Below are positions 34,785 to 45,197 of a DNA stretch of 64,000 bases, one piece after another; position 1 is the first letter of the stretch; the number at the start of each line of letters is the position of its first letter. A program made the translations under genes and the position numbers. Below the pieces are notes generated by a model. It was given only the letters and a program-made list of their open reading frames with translations, did no database searches and had not been told where the DNA came from. This DNA is from an uncultured delta proteobacterium (GTDB taxonomy: Bacteria > Myxococcota_A > Polyangia > Polyangiales > Houyiibacteriaceae): the NCBI GenBank assembly GCA_963699755.1, contig CAVOVB010000001.1, forward strand, positions 1,344,001-1,408,000, in the 5' to 3' direction.

Positions 34785-35377
34785 TGACTGAGACATTTGC
34801 AGGAAAGCAGTCTAGAAACGGCAAGAAACCGGTCGAGGTCGCCAAGGGCGTACAAATTTCCATCAGCGGCCGGGAGATCAAGGCCAAGGGCCCGAAGGGC
34901 GAGCTGAGTCAGGTTCTTCGACCCGAGGTCGTCGTCACCCAGGAAGAGGGCGTGATCACGGTCAGACCTGCTCCACAGTCCGGCAAAACGGGCCTTCAGT
35001 ATCAGGGGCTCACTCGTGCGATTCTTCGCAACATGGTCGAGGGTGTCGCGAACGGTTACAAGCGTTCGCTCGATTTCCGTGGCGTTGGCTACCGCGCGGA
35101 GTTCAAGAACAACCAACTCAAGATGACGGTCGGGCTCTCCCATCAACCGATCGTCGACATTCCCAAGGCTGTGACCGTAAACGTCGAGACGATCGACGAG
35201 GCGGGAACCAAGTTCCCGCGCGTTCATCTCGAGTCTCCCGACAAGCAACTCGTCGGGCGTATTGCAGCGCGGATTCGTCAGATGCGACCCCCGGAGCCCT
35301 ACAACGGCAAGGGGATTCGCTACACCGGCGAACGCATTCGTGAGAAGGCGGGCAAGGCCGGAAAGGCTGGAGGTTAG
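34784..35377 (+). CDS. rplF: 50S ribosomal protein L6
   Basis: [24 protein letters not shown]. Confidence 0.97.
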   Translation: MTETFAGKQSRNGKKPVEVAKGVQISISGREIKAKGPKGELSQVLRPEVVVTQEEGVITVRPAPQSGKTGLQYQGLTRAILRNMVEGVANGYKRSLDFRGVGYRAEFKNNQLKMTVGLSHQPIVDIPKAVTVNVETIDEAGTKFPRVHLESPDKQLVGRIAARIRQMRPPEPYNGKGIRYTGERIREKAGKAGKAGG

Positions 35378-35379
35378 TC

Positions 35380-35724
35380 ATGCGGCAGAAACTCACCGGA
35401 CGCACTCGGCGCAAGCTGAGGATTCGCAGAAAGGTGCAGGGAACCTCCGCGCGCCCCCGGCTAGCGGTCTTCCGGAGCGCGAAGCACATTTACGCGCAGG
35501 TCATCGACGACACTCGGGGTACGACAATCGCTCATGCCTCGAGCGTTGCGGCGCCTGGCGAAGGAAACAAGGTCGACGTCGCGAAGTCGGTCGGCAGTGC
35601 CGTGGCCAAGGCCTGCATCGACAAAGGTGTCGAGCAGGTCGTGTTCGATCGCGGCGGGTATCAATATCATGGACGCGTTCGCGCACTGGCCGAATCGGCA
35701 CGCGAAGCCGGCCTTAAGTTCTGA
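35380..35724 (+). CDS. rplR: 50S ribosomal protein L18
   Basis: [21 protein letters not shown]. Confidence 0.97.
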   Translation: MRQKLTGRTRRKLRIRRKVQGTSARPRLAVFRSAKHIYAQVIDDTRGTTIAHASSVAAPGEGNKVDVAKSVGSAVAKACIDKGVEQVVFDRGGYQYHGRVRALAESAREAGLKF

Positions 35725-35731
35725 GGACGAG

Positions 35732-36319
35732 ATGGCATACAAAGACCAAATCATCGATCCAAACACACTCGACGATCTCGCCGAACGGGTGATCTTCATC
35801 AATCGCGTTGCCAAGGTCGTCAAGGGTGGCCGGCGTTTCAGCTTCAGCGCACTCGTCGTCGTGGGCGACGGCAACGGACACGTCGGCGTCGGCATGGGTA
35901 AGGCGAAAGAGGTCCCGGAGTCGATTCGCAAGGGCACCGAGGCTGCCAAGAAGAACCTCTTCAAGGTCCCGCTGACGGGTCGTACGATTCCCCACAAAAT
36001 CGTCGGCTCCTCCGGTGCTGGTCGCATCGTGCTGCGCCCGGCCTCGGAGGGAACCGGCGTCATCGCCGGTGGTGCGATGCGTCCGGTGCTCGAAGCCGCA
36101 GGCGTCAAAGACGTCTTGGCGAAGATTCTCGGAACCACCAATCCGTACAACGTGGTCAACGCCACGGTTGCGGCGCTCAAGGAGCTCGAATCGCCCGCCG
36201 AGGTCGCTAGCCGCCGGAGCCGCCGCAAGGGCGAGATACAGCAGTACGAGCACGGGCCCAAGGCGGAACGTCCCGCCGCCGAGCCTGACGAAGCGCCTGC
36301 GGAGGCGAGCGCATCGTAA
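35732..36319 (+). CDS. rpsE: 30S ribosomal protein S5
   Basis: [24 protein letters not shown]. Confidence 0.98.
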   Translation: MAYKDQIIDPNTLDDLAERVIFINRVAKVVKGGRRFSFSALVVVGDGNGHVGVGMGKAKEVPESIRKGTEAAKKNLFKVPLTGRTIPHKIVGSSGAGRIVLRPASEGTGVIAGGAMRPVLEAAGVKDVLAKILGTTNPYNVVNATVAALKELESPAEVASRRSRRKGEIQQYEHGPKAERPAAEPDEAPAEASAS

Positions 36320-36330
36320 GAGAGGCAATC

Positions 36331-36522
36331 ATGAGCGCTAAGAAACTCAAAGTGACCCAGGTCAGAAGCGAAATCGGCCGGATGGACAAACAACGACGAG
36401 TCCTCCGGGGCCTTGGCTTGCGCGGGATGAACAGCGAGGTCCTGGTGGACAACACCCCTTCGTTCCGTGGAATGGTCAAGAAGGTGCTCCACCTCGTCGA
36501 AGTGGAGGAAGTCAATGAGTGA
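36331..36522 (+). CDS. rpmD: 50S ribosomal protein L30
   Basis: VTQVRS.IG, LGLR, RGMVKKV.HLV. Confidence 0.95.
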   Translation: MSAKKLKVTQVRSEIGRMDKQRRVLRGLGLRGMNSEVLVDNTPSFRGMVKKVLHLVEVEEVNE

Positions 36523-36997
36523 GCAGAGCAAGACGCCAATCCTTTCACGGCTTCGCCCCGCAGCGGGGGCCGTCCGTGGGAAACGACGCAAAGGACGTGG
36601 CCCTGGCTCTGGCTTGGGCAAGACCGCTGGCCACGGCCAGAAGGGCCAAAAAGCCAGGCATCCCGGCAACTTCAGCAAGCTCGGCTTCGAAGGCGGGCAG
36701 ATGCCGCTCTATCGGCGCATCCCAAAGCGTGGCTTCGTCAACCCCTTCACCAAGAATGTGGGAACGGTCAATGTGAAGGATTTGGCTCGGTTCGACGCTG
36801 GCGCGACGGTCGATGAGGCCGCTCTGCGAGAAGCTGGCCTCATCAAGCGCAAGGTGGACATCATCAAGGTTCTTGGCGATGGCGAGCTCGACAAGGCTCT
36901 CACCGTCAAAGTCCACGCAGCTAGCGCGACAGCCACGCAGAAGATCGAGAAGGCGGGCGGTATCGTCGAGCTAGTCGCCGCGACACCCGCCTCTTAA
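36515..36997 (+). CDS. rplO: 50S ribosomal protein L15
   Basis: [26 protein letters not shown]. Confidence 0.97.
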   Translation: MSEQSKTPILSRLRPAAGAVRGKRRKGRGPGSGLGKTAGHGQKGQKARHPGNFSKLGFEGGQMPLYRRIPKRGFVNPFTKNVGTVNVKDLARFDAGATVDEAALREAGLIKRKVDIIKVLGDGELDKALTVKVHAASATATQKIEKAGGIVELVAATPAS

Positions 36998-37017
36998 CCG
37001 AAAGCCCGTAGCAAGCC

Positions 37018-38343
37018 ATGAGCACCGTCGCGAACATCTTTCGAATCCCCGAGCTCCGTCGCCGCATTCTCTTCACCTTGGGAATGCTCGCCGTCTATCG
37101 CATCGGAATTTTCGTTACGACACCCGGCGTAGACCGGTCGGCCATGCGAAAGTACGTCGCCGGGCAGTCGGGCGGCTTCTTGAGCATGTTCAACCTGTTC
37201 TCAGGTGGTGCGCTCGAGCAGGCGTCGATTTTCGCGCTCAACATCATGCCCTACGTCTCGGCGAGCATCATCTTGTCGCTGATGACGGTCGTGGTGCCCT
37301 CGCTCATGGAGCTTCGCAAGGAAGGCGAAGCGGGCCAGCGCAAGATCAACCAGTACACGCGCTACGGAACGGTCGGGCTCAGTATTTTTCAGAGCATGGG
37401 CCTCGCCATGCTTTGGGAGGGCTGGAACGAAAGCTCGACGGCGGGTGACATCGTCGCCAACCCGGGCTGGAGCTTTCGTTTCATGACCGTCCTCGCGCTC
37501 ACGACCGGCACCTCGTTCCTGATGTGGCTCGGCGAGCAGATCACGGAGCGCGGCCTCGGAAACGGCATTTCGCTCATCATTTTCGCAGGAATCGTGGCCA
37601 ATCTCCCCGACGCCCTGTTTCTGACGCTCGAGCAATTCAAGCTTGGGGAGCTCCAGCCGATCGACCTGATGCTGCTCATCGTGATCGCGCTCGGTGTGAC
37701 TGCGTTCATCGTCTTCTTCGAACGCGCCCAGAGGCGTCTGCCGATCACCTACGCCAAGCGCATGATAGGCCGGAAGATGTATGGTGGGCAGCAGTCTCAC
37801 CTGCCGCTCCGCGTGAACATGGCCGGGGTCATTCCACCGATCTTCACCTCGTCCTTGCTCATGTTCCCGGTCACTCTGGCGGGTACCAATATTCCATATC
37901 TTTCCGATGCGATGCGCTGGATCAGCAACAACCTGGTCCCAGGCGGCTGGGTGTACATCGTCGTCTTCGCGTCCATGACGATCTTCTTCTGCTTCTTCTA
38001 TACGGCAATCACCTTCCAGCCGGTCGATGTCGCAGAGAACCTCAAGAAGCAGAGCGCCTTCATTCCGGGCGTGCGTCCGGGCAAAGCCACGGCCGAGTAC
38101 ATCGATGCCGTTCTCACTCGAATCACGGTGGGTGGCGCGCTCTACGTGTCGGCCGTCGTCACGCTTCCGACCCTCCTTCAGTCTCGGTGGAACGTGCCGT
38201 TCTACCTCGGTGGGACCTCGCTCATGATCGTCGTCGGTGTTGCCCTGGACTTCGCGCAGCAGGTCGAGAGCCACCTCATCACCCGACACTATGAGGGCCT
38301 CACGGGGAGCAAGGGCTCCCGCATCCGAGCGAGGAACGCGTAA
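37018..38343 (+). CDS. secY: Preprotein translocase subunit SecY
   Basis: [39 protein letters not shown]. Confidence 0.98.
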   Translation: MSTVANIFRIPELRRRILFTLGMLAVYRIGIFVTTPGVDRSAMRKYVAGQSGGFLSMFNLFSGGALEQASIFALNIMPYVSASIILSLMTVVVPSLMELRKEGEAGQRKINQYTRYGTVGLSIFQSMGLAMLWEGWNESSTAGDIVANPGWSFRFMTVLALTTGTSFLMWLGEQITERGLGNGISLIIFAGIVANLPDALFLTLEQFKLGELQPIDLMLLIVIALGVTAFIVFFERAQRRLPITYAKRMIGRKMYGGQQSHLPLRVNMAGVIPPIFTSSLLMFPVTLAGTNIPYLSDAMRWISNNLVPGGWVYIVVFASMTIFFCFFYTAITFQPVDVAENLKKQSAFIPGVRPGKATAEYIDAVLTRITVGGALYVSAVVTLPTLLQSRWNVPFYLGGTSLMIVVGVALDFAQQVESHLITRHYEGLTGSKGSRIRARNA

Positions 38344-38993
38344 TGGATCTGCTCCTTTTCGGACCGCCTGGCGCTGGCAAGGGCACGCAAGCCAAGCTGC
38401 TCATCGACCTCTTGGGGATCCCGCAGATCTCGACCGGCGATATGATGCGAGCCGAACGGAAGTCCGGGTCGGACCTCGGGAAGCAGTTCGACGAGTACAT
38501 GTCAGCTGGAAAGTTGGTGCCTGACAGTCTGGTGCTGGACTTGATCTTGAAGCGCCTCAGCCAGGATGATGCCAAAAGCGGCGCGATCTTCGATGGTTAC
38601 CCGAGGACGGTAGCGCAGGCCGAATCGCTCGACACCCTTCTCGAGAAGCTCCATCGACGCATCGACCGGGTGGTTTCTCTCGATGTTCCGCTGCAGGACA
38701 TCGTCGACCGGGTCACGGGCCGGAGGGTCTGCCTGGACTGTGGACAGACCTATCACGTCCGCTATACTCCGCCGCCCCAAAACGGAGAGTGCATCTCCTG
38801 TGGGGGGAACAAGATTGTGCAGCGTTCGGACGACACTGAAGAGGTCGTTCGAAAGCGGTACGAAGAGTACAAAGCGAAGACCGAGCCGGTGCTCGCCCAC
38901 TACGATGCCAGGGGCGTCGTGAGGGGTGTTGAAGGCGTGGGATCATTGGAAGAGATTACAGAACGCATTAAGGAAGCGATTGGGGTTGACTAA
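38343..38993 (+). CDS. adk: Adenylate kinase (Zn-lid type)
   Basis: GPPGAGKGTQ, STGD, DGYPR, CxxC...CxxC lid. Confidence 0.97.
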   Translation: MDLLLFGPPGAGKGTQAKLLIDLLGIPQISTGDMMRAERKSGSDLGKQFDEYMSAGKLVPDSLVLDLILKRLSQDDAKSGAIFDGYPRTVAQAESLDTLLEKLHRRIDRVVSLDVPLQDIVDRVTGRRVCLDCGQTYHVRYTPPPQNGECISCGGNKIVQRSDDTEEVVRKRYEEYKAKTEPVLAHYDARGVVRGVEGVGSLEEITERIKEAIGVD

Positions 38994-39001
38994 CGAGCAG
39001 G

Positions 39002-39214
39002 ATGACTGAAACCAGAACCACCCGAGGCACCATCGAGACGGTGCTGCCGCGGGCGCTTTACCGAGTGAGGCTAGACGACGGTATGGAGATCACCGCGTCA
39101 CTGTCTGCCAAGGCAAGACAGGTTACGGTGAAGCTCCTGCCGGGAGACGGTGTGATGGTTGAGGTGTCTGTTTACGACCCGACGAGAGGACGAATCCAAG
39201 AGAGGCTGACATGA
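39002..39214 (+). CDS. infA: Translation initiation factor IF-1, divergent
   Basis: 70 aa OB fold; LLPGD.V.VE...YD..RGRI; position before rpmJ. Confidence 0.8.
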   Translation: MTETRTTRGTIETVLPRALYRVRLDDGMEITASLSAKARQVTVKLLPGDGVMVEVSVYDPTRGRIQERLT

Positions 39215-39324
39215 AGGTTCGACCAAGCGTCAGAAAGATTTGTGACAAGTGCAAGATCGTGCGCCGCAGGGGCGTCGTGCGTGTCTTGTGTGACAATCCC
39301 CGTCACAAGCAACGGCAAGGATAG
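39211..39324 (+). CDS. rpmJ: 50S ribosomal protein L36 (not in ORF track)
   Basis: Manual translation [37 protein letters not shown]. Confidence 0.97.
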   Translation: MKVRPSVRKICDKCKIVRRRGVVRVLCDNPRHKQRQG

Positions 39325-39330
39325 AAGCGA

Positions 39331-39699
39331 ATGGCACGTATCGCAGGCGTCGACCTCCCAGGTCGGAAACACACGGTGATTGCGCTTCAGTACATCTACG
39401 GAATTGGTCCGCACCACGCGAAGCACATTTGCGAAGTTGCAAACATTCCGGAGAGTAAACGTGCTGACGATCTCGACGAGACCGACGTCAAGAAGATCCG
39501 CGAGTGCATCGATCTGAACTACAAGGTCGAAGGTGACCTTCGTCGTGAGGTCAACATGCACATCAAGCGGCTCATGGACCTTGGTTGCTATCGCGGGCTC
39601 CGCCATCGGCGCGGCCTGCCGTGTCGCGGTCAACGGACTCACACCAACGCCCGCACCCGCAAGGGACCGAAGCGCGGCGCAATGAGCAAGAAGCGCTAA
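39331..39699 (+). CDS. rpsM: 30S ribosomal protein S13
   Basis: [26 protein letters not shown]. Confidence 0.98.
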   Translation: MARIAGVDLPGRKHTVIALQYIYGIGPHHAKHICEVANIPESKRADDLDETDVKKIRECIDLNYKVEGDLRREVNMHIKRLMDLGCYRGLRHRRGLPCRGQRTHTNARTRKGPKRGAMSKKR

Positions 39700-39703
39700 G
39701 ATC

Positions 39704-40105
39704 ATGGCAAAGGCGAAAGCAAAGCCCACCAAGGGCAAGAAGCGTAAGACGAAGAAGGTCGTGACGAGCGGAATCGCTCACATCCAGTCGACCTTCAACA
39801 ACACGATCGTCACCATTACCGATTTGGGTGGTGAAGTGGTTTCCTGGTCGACAGCTGGTTCGCGTGGCTTCAAGGGCTCGCGCAAGAGCACTCCGTTTGC
39901 TGCGCAGCTCGCAGCAGAGGATGCGGCGCGCAAGGCGCAGGACGTAGGCATGAAGACCATCGCGATCTTCGTAAAGGGTCCAGGTGCAGGCCGAGAGTCT
40001 GCGCTTCGAGCATTTCAGAACGTCGGGATGCGGGTCACCCTGCTTCGCGACGTGACACCGATTCCACACAATGGCTGCCGGCCGCCAAAGCGGCGGCGCG
40101 TTTAG
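39704..40105 (+). CDS. rpsK: 30S ribosomal protein S11
   Basis: [31 protein letters not shown]. Confidence 0.98.
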   Translation: MAKAKAKPTKGKKRKTKKVVTSGIAHIQSTFNNTIVTITDLGGEVVSWSTAGSRGFKGSRKSTPFAAQLAAEDAARKAQDVGMKTIAIFVKGPGAGRESALRAFQNVGMRVTLLRDVTPIPHNGCRPPKRRRV

Positions 40106-40124
40106 AAGGCTGCGGAGGCAATTA

Positions 40125-41147
40125 ATGACGAGTCCGACTCTAGTCGCACGCAATTGGCGGGAGCTCATTCGCCCCAGAAGCGTCCCGGTTGATCAGGAGT
40201 CGCTCAGCGACACCTACGGCAAGTTCGTCGTAGAGCCGCTCGAGCGTGGTTTTGGCATCACGCTAGGTAACTCGCTGCGGCGGGTGTTGTTGTCTTCTCT
40301 TCAGGGGGCAGCAATCACGGCCGTCAAGATCGACGGCGCGCTGCATGAGTTCACCTCGGTTCCGGACGTCGTCGAGGACGTCACCGAGATGGTCCTAAAC
40401 TTCAAGGAAGTCGTCGTCCGCTCGCACACCGCGCGCACACAGACCGTCCGCATCGAGAAGGAAGGCCCCGGTGTCGTGACAGCCGGCGACATCAAGGCCA
40501 GCGATCAGATCGTGATTCTCAATCCAGATCACAAGATCTGCACCCTGGCGAAGGATGGACGCTTCGCTGCCGAGCTCACGATCAACGTCGGTCACGGCTA
40601 CGTCCCCGCAGACCGAAACAAGACCGCGGGTATTCCAATTGGCACGATCGCGATCGACTCGCTGTTTTCGCCGATCCGCAAAGTGAACTACGCGGTCACC
40701 AATGCTCGTGTCGGCCAGATCACCGACTACGACAAGCTCACCCTAGAGGTTTGGACCAACGGTGCTGTGAAGCCGGCCGATGCCGTTGCCTATGCCGCCA
40801 AGATCCTCAAAGACCAGCTCACGATCTTCATCAACTTCGAAGAGCACGATGAGCCGGTTGAAGAGTCGAGCTCGGAAGAGCCGCTCAACGAGAACCTCTT
40901 CCGCTCGGTCGACGAGCTCGAGCTCTCGGTGCGCTCCGCCAACTGCCTCCAGAATGCCAATATCAAGTTGATCGGGGAGCTGGTGCAGAAGAGCGAAGGC
41001 GAGATGCTCAAGACGAAGAACTTTGGGCGCAAGTCGCTCAAGGAAATCAAGGAAATCTTGGCTGACATGGGTCTTTCCCTCGGCATGCATATCGACAACT
41101 GGTCGCAGATGCTCGAGCGCTGGAAGACACAGCAGGCCAATCAGTAA
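40125..41147 (+). CDS. rpoA: RNA polymerase alpha subunit
   Basis: [35 protein letters not shown]. Confidence 0.98.
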   Translation: MTSPTLVARNWRELIRPRSVPVDQESLSDTYGKFVVEPLERGFGITLGNSLRRVLLSSLQGAAITAVKIDGALHEFTSVPDVVEDVTEMVLNFKEVVVRSHTARTQTVRIEKEGPGVVTAGDIKASDQIVILNPDHKICTLAKDGRFAAELTINVGHGYVPADRNKTAGIPIGTIAIDSLFSPIRKVNYAVTNARVGQITDYDKLTLEVWTNGAVKPADAVAYAAKILKDQLTIFINFEEHDEPVEESSSEEPLNENLFRSVDELELSVRSANCLQNANIKLIGELVQKSEGEMLKTKNFGRKSLKEIKEILADMGLSLGMHIDNWSQMLERWKTQQANQ

Positions 41148-41179
41148 AGTAGCTAGCGATAGGTCGCGGATAGGTCGTC

Positions 41180-41656
41180 ATGAGGCATCAAAAGGCAGGC
41201 AGGAAGTTTGGTCGGAACACGAGCCATCGCCGAGCCATGTTCAGGAACATGGCGGGCAATCTGGTTTTGCACGAGCAGATCAAGACGACCGACGCAAAGG
41301 CAAAGGAGCTTCGACGCATTGCAGAGCGCTTGCTCACCAAGGCGATCCGGCTCGGCGACGACCTCATCATCGATGTGGCGAAGGTGAAGGACGAGGCAGA
41401 GCGCCAGCGCATTCTGTCTCGCCGCCTTCACGCCTACCGTCAGGTGGCTCGCTTCCTCCCGAAACAGCTCGCCAAGACCAACCCGGATGGCACCATACAA
41501 GACGTGGATCTGATCCACAAGCTCTTCACCGAGCTGGCCCCTCGCTACCTCGAGCGAGCCAAGGCCGACAAGGGTGGCGGCTACACCCGAATCATCAAGG
41601 TCAACCACCGTCGAGGCGACAATGCGCCGATGTCCTTGATCGAGTTCATCGCCTAG
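41180..41656 (+). CDS. rplQ: 50S ribosomal protein L17 with internal insertions
   Basis: [35 protein letters not shown]. Confidence 0.96.
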   Translation: MRHQKAGRKFGRNTSHRRAMFRNMAGNLVLHEQIKTTDAKAKELRRIAERLLTKAIRLGDDLIIDVAKVKDEAERQRILSRRLHAYRQVARFLPKQLAKTNPDGTIQDVDLIHKLFTELAPRYLERAKADKGGGYTRIIKVNHRRGDNAPMSLIEFIA

Positions 41657-41679
41657 CGCCGGGCTCCTCTTGTAGCGGT

Positions 41680-42096
41680 TCAGCGGCCGGCGCGTGGCCG
41701 ATCGCGGCTTTCTCGCGTGGGGAAGCGAGCGAACATGAGGACCCAGGCGACCGCGAAGAACGGCACCACGACCCTGGCCGGCGCGCCGAGGAAGCCGAGG
41801 ACTAGCCCAAAGATCGCGACGCTTTCCGCAAGGGCCAGCGCCAGGATGAGGGTGGTGAGGTAGCGGCTTTGCCTCTGGCTCGCCGAGTCACCGATTCGGC
41901 TCCGCCTGTGCATGAACCTCGGTAAGAGCAGGCTGGCGCCTGCCGTCGTTGCCGCGATTAACGCGAACGGGTAGACGAACATCTCCCAGCTGGCGCCGGT
42001 CTGTACTTCAACGAGCTCGAGAACGAGCAGGTAGATCAAGGTCGAGGCGAATAGTGCCGCCCAGAGCATGCGAGGAACAAACAGCAAATCCTTCAT
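41680..42096 (-). CDS. Hypothetical membrane protein
   Basis: Four hydrophobic segments; ALAESVAIFGLV. Confidence 0.65.
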   Translation of the reverse strand: MKDLLFVPRMLWAALFASTLIYLLVLELVEVQTGASWEMFVYPFALIAATTAGASLLLPRFMHRRSRIGDSASQRQSRYLTTLILALALAESVAIFGLVLGFLGAPARVVVPFFAVAWVLMFARFPTRESRDRPRAGR

Positions 42097-42305
42097 TCTT
42101 TCATGATGGCAGAGCTCGATCGCCGCTACCAAATAGGGAACCCGCGGCTCGACCAGTGACCACGGCGACGAATCCCTGAAGAGGGATGCGAACGCGGAGG
42201 CCGGTCGCTAAGAACAATTGCGTATATCGGAGCGCCCGTCGCAGGCGTAGGCTCCGGGATTCTACGGCGATCGGTGGGCGCTCGCCGGCGCAAAGGAGCA
42301 AGACA

Positions 42306-42656
42306 ATGGCTGATGCAGCAATTGTAATTCGATGGAATCGCGTCGTACCAGGACGCGAGAAGCAAGGCCTTTCGATCTTTGGTCAGTCCTTGGAGTACTA
42401 CGGAAGCTTGCAAAGCAAGGGTGCCATCGAGAGCTTCGAGCCGGTGATTTTCAACCCGACTGGTGGCGACCTGAACGGGATCATTCTCATTCGCGGAAGC
42501 GCGGATCAACTCGAAGCGCTCAAGCGCGAAGATCGGTTCATCGAGCTCATGATGCGCGCGGCGCACAATTGCGAAGGACTCGGCGTGAACGACGCCTATC
42601 TCGAAGGCGAGCTCCAATCGCGCATGGGGCGTTGGACGCAGATCATCAACGAATAA
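42306..42656 (+). CDS. Hypothetical protein (116 aa)
   Basis: SD AAGGAG before ATG; globular composition. Confidence 0.75.
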   Translation: MADAAIVIRWNRVVPGREKQGLSIFGQSLEYYGSLQSKGAIESFEPVIFNPTGGDLNGIILIRGSADQLEALKREDRFIELMMRAAHNCEGLGVNDAYLEGELQSRMGRWTQIINE

Positions 42657-42767
42657 TCCCGGGTCGCGGAAAAACGCGCGAGATGGAGCTGCGTCGAACG
42701 GCTCGGCCCCATATCGCGTATGTATCCGCGGCCCTCCATATGAGATGTTCCGCGCCACGGCTCGGAA

Positions 42768-42807
42768 TCGCATCCCGGATCGCGCGCAAGATCGCGTCCG
42801 GGAGCGA
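42768..42807. terminator. GC-rich hairpin between convergent genes
   Basis: TCGC-TCCCGGA...TCCGGGA-GCGA inverted repeat; no clear U tract. Confidence 0.4.
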
Positions 42808-42821
42808 CTGCGGTTTCGCGC

Positions 42822-43814
42822 TCAGGCTGCGACGACGGGGAGCTCGGTCGGCTTCGCGGTTTCCCGGATGTAAAACTGCTTGCAGTACCGTCGGTATTCG
42901 CCGATCGGCCCGTCGCCCTCGGCGAGAATCGGTCTTTCCACGTAGCGTTTGGCTTCCCAGATCGGCGCGTCTTGACCAACCTCTCGATTGAGGCCCCAAG
43001 TGGCTGCGGCGCGGAGCACATGCGCGAGCGCCAACCGTCGCGGTCCCAGCTGCTTCACCGACGATGCGGTGCGCAGAACGATCTTGCCGCGCTCGACGGG
43101 GCTCGACAGGACTAGCAAATTGATCTCGATGCCGAAGCGCTCGATGCTCACACGCACCAGGGAATATCCAAGTCCGTGAACCTCGACACGGAACTTGGCG
43201 ACGAAGCGGATCTTGCTTCCCAGTGGGTATTGAATCCCATAGGCCCCTTTCAGGAGATGCCCGTCGATCTCGAGGTCCCCCTCGGTCCAGGCACCACCGA
43301 AGCCGTGAACCTGAACGAAGTGCCCGATGTCGACGCTATTCTCACTCGTCTCTTGCGGGTGGCTCTTCAGCTCCATGGCTCGGGTGCTGAAGGCAGTCCA
43401 ACCCTCAGCGGGGCCCGGTAGGATCGGAATCTCCCAATCGGGCTGCTTCCCTTCCGGGTGGTACCAGGCGAAGATGTAACCGTTGTGCTCGCGAGTCGGC
43501 CAGGAGCCGAGCTTGGCCTTGCGCGGAACCGCCTTCCCGTACGCGGTCCGCACGCAGCGGCCATCAGCCCCAAATTCGAAGCCGTGAAATGCGCACCGGA
43601 GGTTCTCTCCAACGACCTTTCCTGCGCCCAAGTGTGCGCCCAGGTGCGGACAGTACCCGTCCGCCAAGTGCGCCCTGCCGGACTCAGTCCGATAGAGAAC
43701 AAGCTCCTCGCCGAAGTACCTGACTGGAAGGACCTGGCCCGCGCGCACCTCCTTGGAGGTCGCAACGGTGTACCAACCAAACGGAATGCCCGGAAAGCGG
43801 TAGTCATCGACCAC
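42822..43814 (-). CDS. Rieske [2Fe-2S] oxygenase, steroid-oxygenase-like (KshA/Neverland/SdmA-like)
   Basis: CPHLGAHL...CAFHG Rieske site; ENSVDIGHFVQVHG mononuclear Fe site; QDAPIWEAK; GDGPI..YRRY..QFY; SD GGAGGAG. Confidence 0.85.
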   Translation of the reverse strand: MVDDYRFPGIPFGWYTVATSKEVRAGQVLPVRYFGEELVLYRTESGRAHLADGYCPHLGAHLGAGKVVGENLRCAFHGFEFGADGRCVRTAYGKAVPRKAKLGSWPTREHNGYIFAWYHPEGKQPDWEIPILPGPAEGWTAFSTRAMELKSHPQETSENSVDIGHFVQVHGFGGAWTEGDLEIDGHLLKGAYGIQYPLGSKIRFVAKFRVEVHGLGYSLVRVSIERFGIEINLLVLSSPVERGKIVLRTASSVKQLGPRRLALAHVLRAAATWGLNREVGQDAPIWEAKRYVERPILAEGDGPIGEYRRYCKQFYIRETAKPTELPVVAA

Positions 43815-43894
43815 GATAGTTCTCCTCCGAAGGCGCGCGGAACCCCTTCTCGCAGGGGAATGTAGGCCCATCCCCCCCACTGCAACGAAAAACC

Positions 43895-43925
43895 GGGTGA
43901 ATGGTACTCAGACGGGGGTGAATGG
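43895..43925. promoter_or_regulatory. Direct repeat GGGTGAATGG x2 at 21-bp period (candidate regulator site)
   Basis: Exact 10-mers at 43895-43904 and 43916-43925 in the divergent intergenic region. Confidence 0.5.
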
Positions 43926-44030
43926 AGGGTCGGCCGGGGCGAACCGTCCGGATTCGGCCTTTGACGGCAGAAAAGCCTGCATTTCGGAGGGTGTCTATTC
44001 CACGCGGGCGGGGGCCGATCTCTTTACAAG

Positions 44031-44879
44031 ATGCCCGAAACCGATATTAACGCGCCTGTGATAGCAAAGTTGCTAGGCCTCCCGGACACGCCCGGCGTGA
44101 TGTTCCTCGTTTTTGCTGGCGGCGGGATGCTCTACTTCTTCACGATCGCGTCGATTGCGTACTATCTTTATTTCAAAAAGTTCAAAGCGCGCTTTCATCC
44201 CGACTACGAGCTCGATCCCCAAGAGATGAAGTCCGCCATCAAATGGGTGGTCATCGGGATCATCGGCAACGGCGTCCTGATGCTTCCGATCCACCTGCTG
44301 ATCGCGAAGAACTACTCGAAAATGTACTACGATGTCAGCGACCACGGTTGGGGTTGGATCTTCGCGCAGGTCGTCTTGCTTCTGGTCTTCACCGAGACGC
44401 TGATTTACTGGACGCATTATGCGTTTCACCGCGTGCCCTGGCTCTGGAAGCACGTTCACCAGCGCCACCACGTATACAAGGTTCCGCAGCCCTATTCTGC
44501 GCTGTCATTCAATCCAATGGACTCGTTTCTGCAGGCAGTCCCGCATCACGTTGCGGCATTCTTCTTCCCACTGCATGCGGGCGTTTACGTCGCTTCGGTG
44601 ACCTTCGTGACGCTCTGGGCAGTCTGCATTCACGATCGTGTGAGCTTCTTTCGCTGGCCCTGGCTCAACTACACCGACCACCACACGCTTCATCACTGGT
44701 ACAGCGATTTCAACCTGGGTCAGTACTTCACGTTCTGGGATCGCCTGGTGGGGACGTATCGGAGCCCGAAAATCGACTACGGAGACGTGCCCGAGGGCAT
44801 CATCTACCGGCCAACGCACGCCAGGGCGACTTCGACGGCTCCGAGCGCGCTCGGCGGAAGGTCCGCGAATCCGGTCTGA
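44031..44879 (+). CDS. Sterol desaturase family protein, ERG3/SC5D-like C-5 desaturase
   Basis: His boxes YWTHYAFH, HQRHH, IHD, HHTLHH; NLGQYFTFWDRLVGT. Confidence 0.85.
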   Translation: MPETDINAPVIAKLLGLPDTPGVMFLVFAGGGMLYFFTIASIAYYLYFKKFKARFHPDYELDPQEMKSAIKWVVIGIIGNGVLMLPIHLLIAKNYSKMYYDVSDHGWGWIFAQVVLLLVFTETLIYWTHYAFHRVPWLWKHVHQRHHVYKVPQPYSALSFNPMDSFLQAVPHHVAAFFFPLHAGVYVASVTFVTLWAVCIHDRVSFFRWPWLNYTDHHTLHHWYSDFNLGQYFTFWDRLVGTYRSPKIDYGDVPEGIIYRPTHARATSTAPSALGGRSANPV

Positions 44880-44881
44880 GC

Positions 44882-45160
44882 TCAGCGGGTGATTCTGAAG
44901 TCGGTGAACTCGCCGGTGTAGCTTCGCCAGCGGACATCAACGGCGTCGACTCTCGCCGTCGAAGGACCTGCCTGGGCCCAGGACAAGAAGTCTTTCACGT
45001 CATCCTCTTCGCCTTCGGCGACGATTTCGACCGAGCCATCGCTGCGGTTCTTGACCCAACCGCTCAAGCCGTGCTGTCGCGCTTCGCGCTGCGCGGTCGC
45101 CCTGAAGTACACGCCCTGAACGCGGCCGCGGACGACGAGGTGAATTCGTTTCTGGCCCAT
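44882..45160 (-). CDS. acyP: Acylphosphatase
   Basis: GRVQGVYFR, GWVKN..DGSVE. Confidence 0.95.
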   Translation of the reverse strand: MGQKRIHLVVRGRVQGVYFRATAQREARQHGLSGWVKNRSDGSVEIVAEGEEDDVKDFLSWAQAGPSTARVDAVDVRWRSYTGEFTDFRITR

Positions 45161-45197
45161 CGTTTAGTTATTGCCTATCGGCTCGGCGCCGCAAACC

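Noticed and set aside
40105..40125. rpsD missing between rpsK and rpoA
   Set aside because: Relocation of rpsD is common in many bacterial lineages; low novelty
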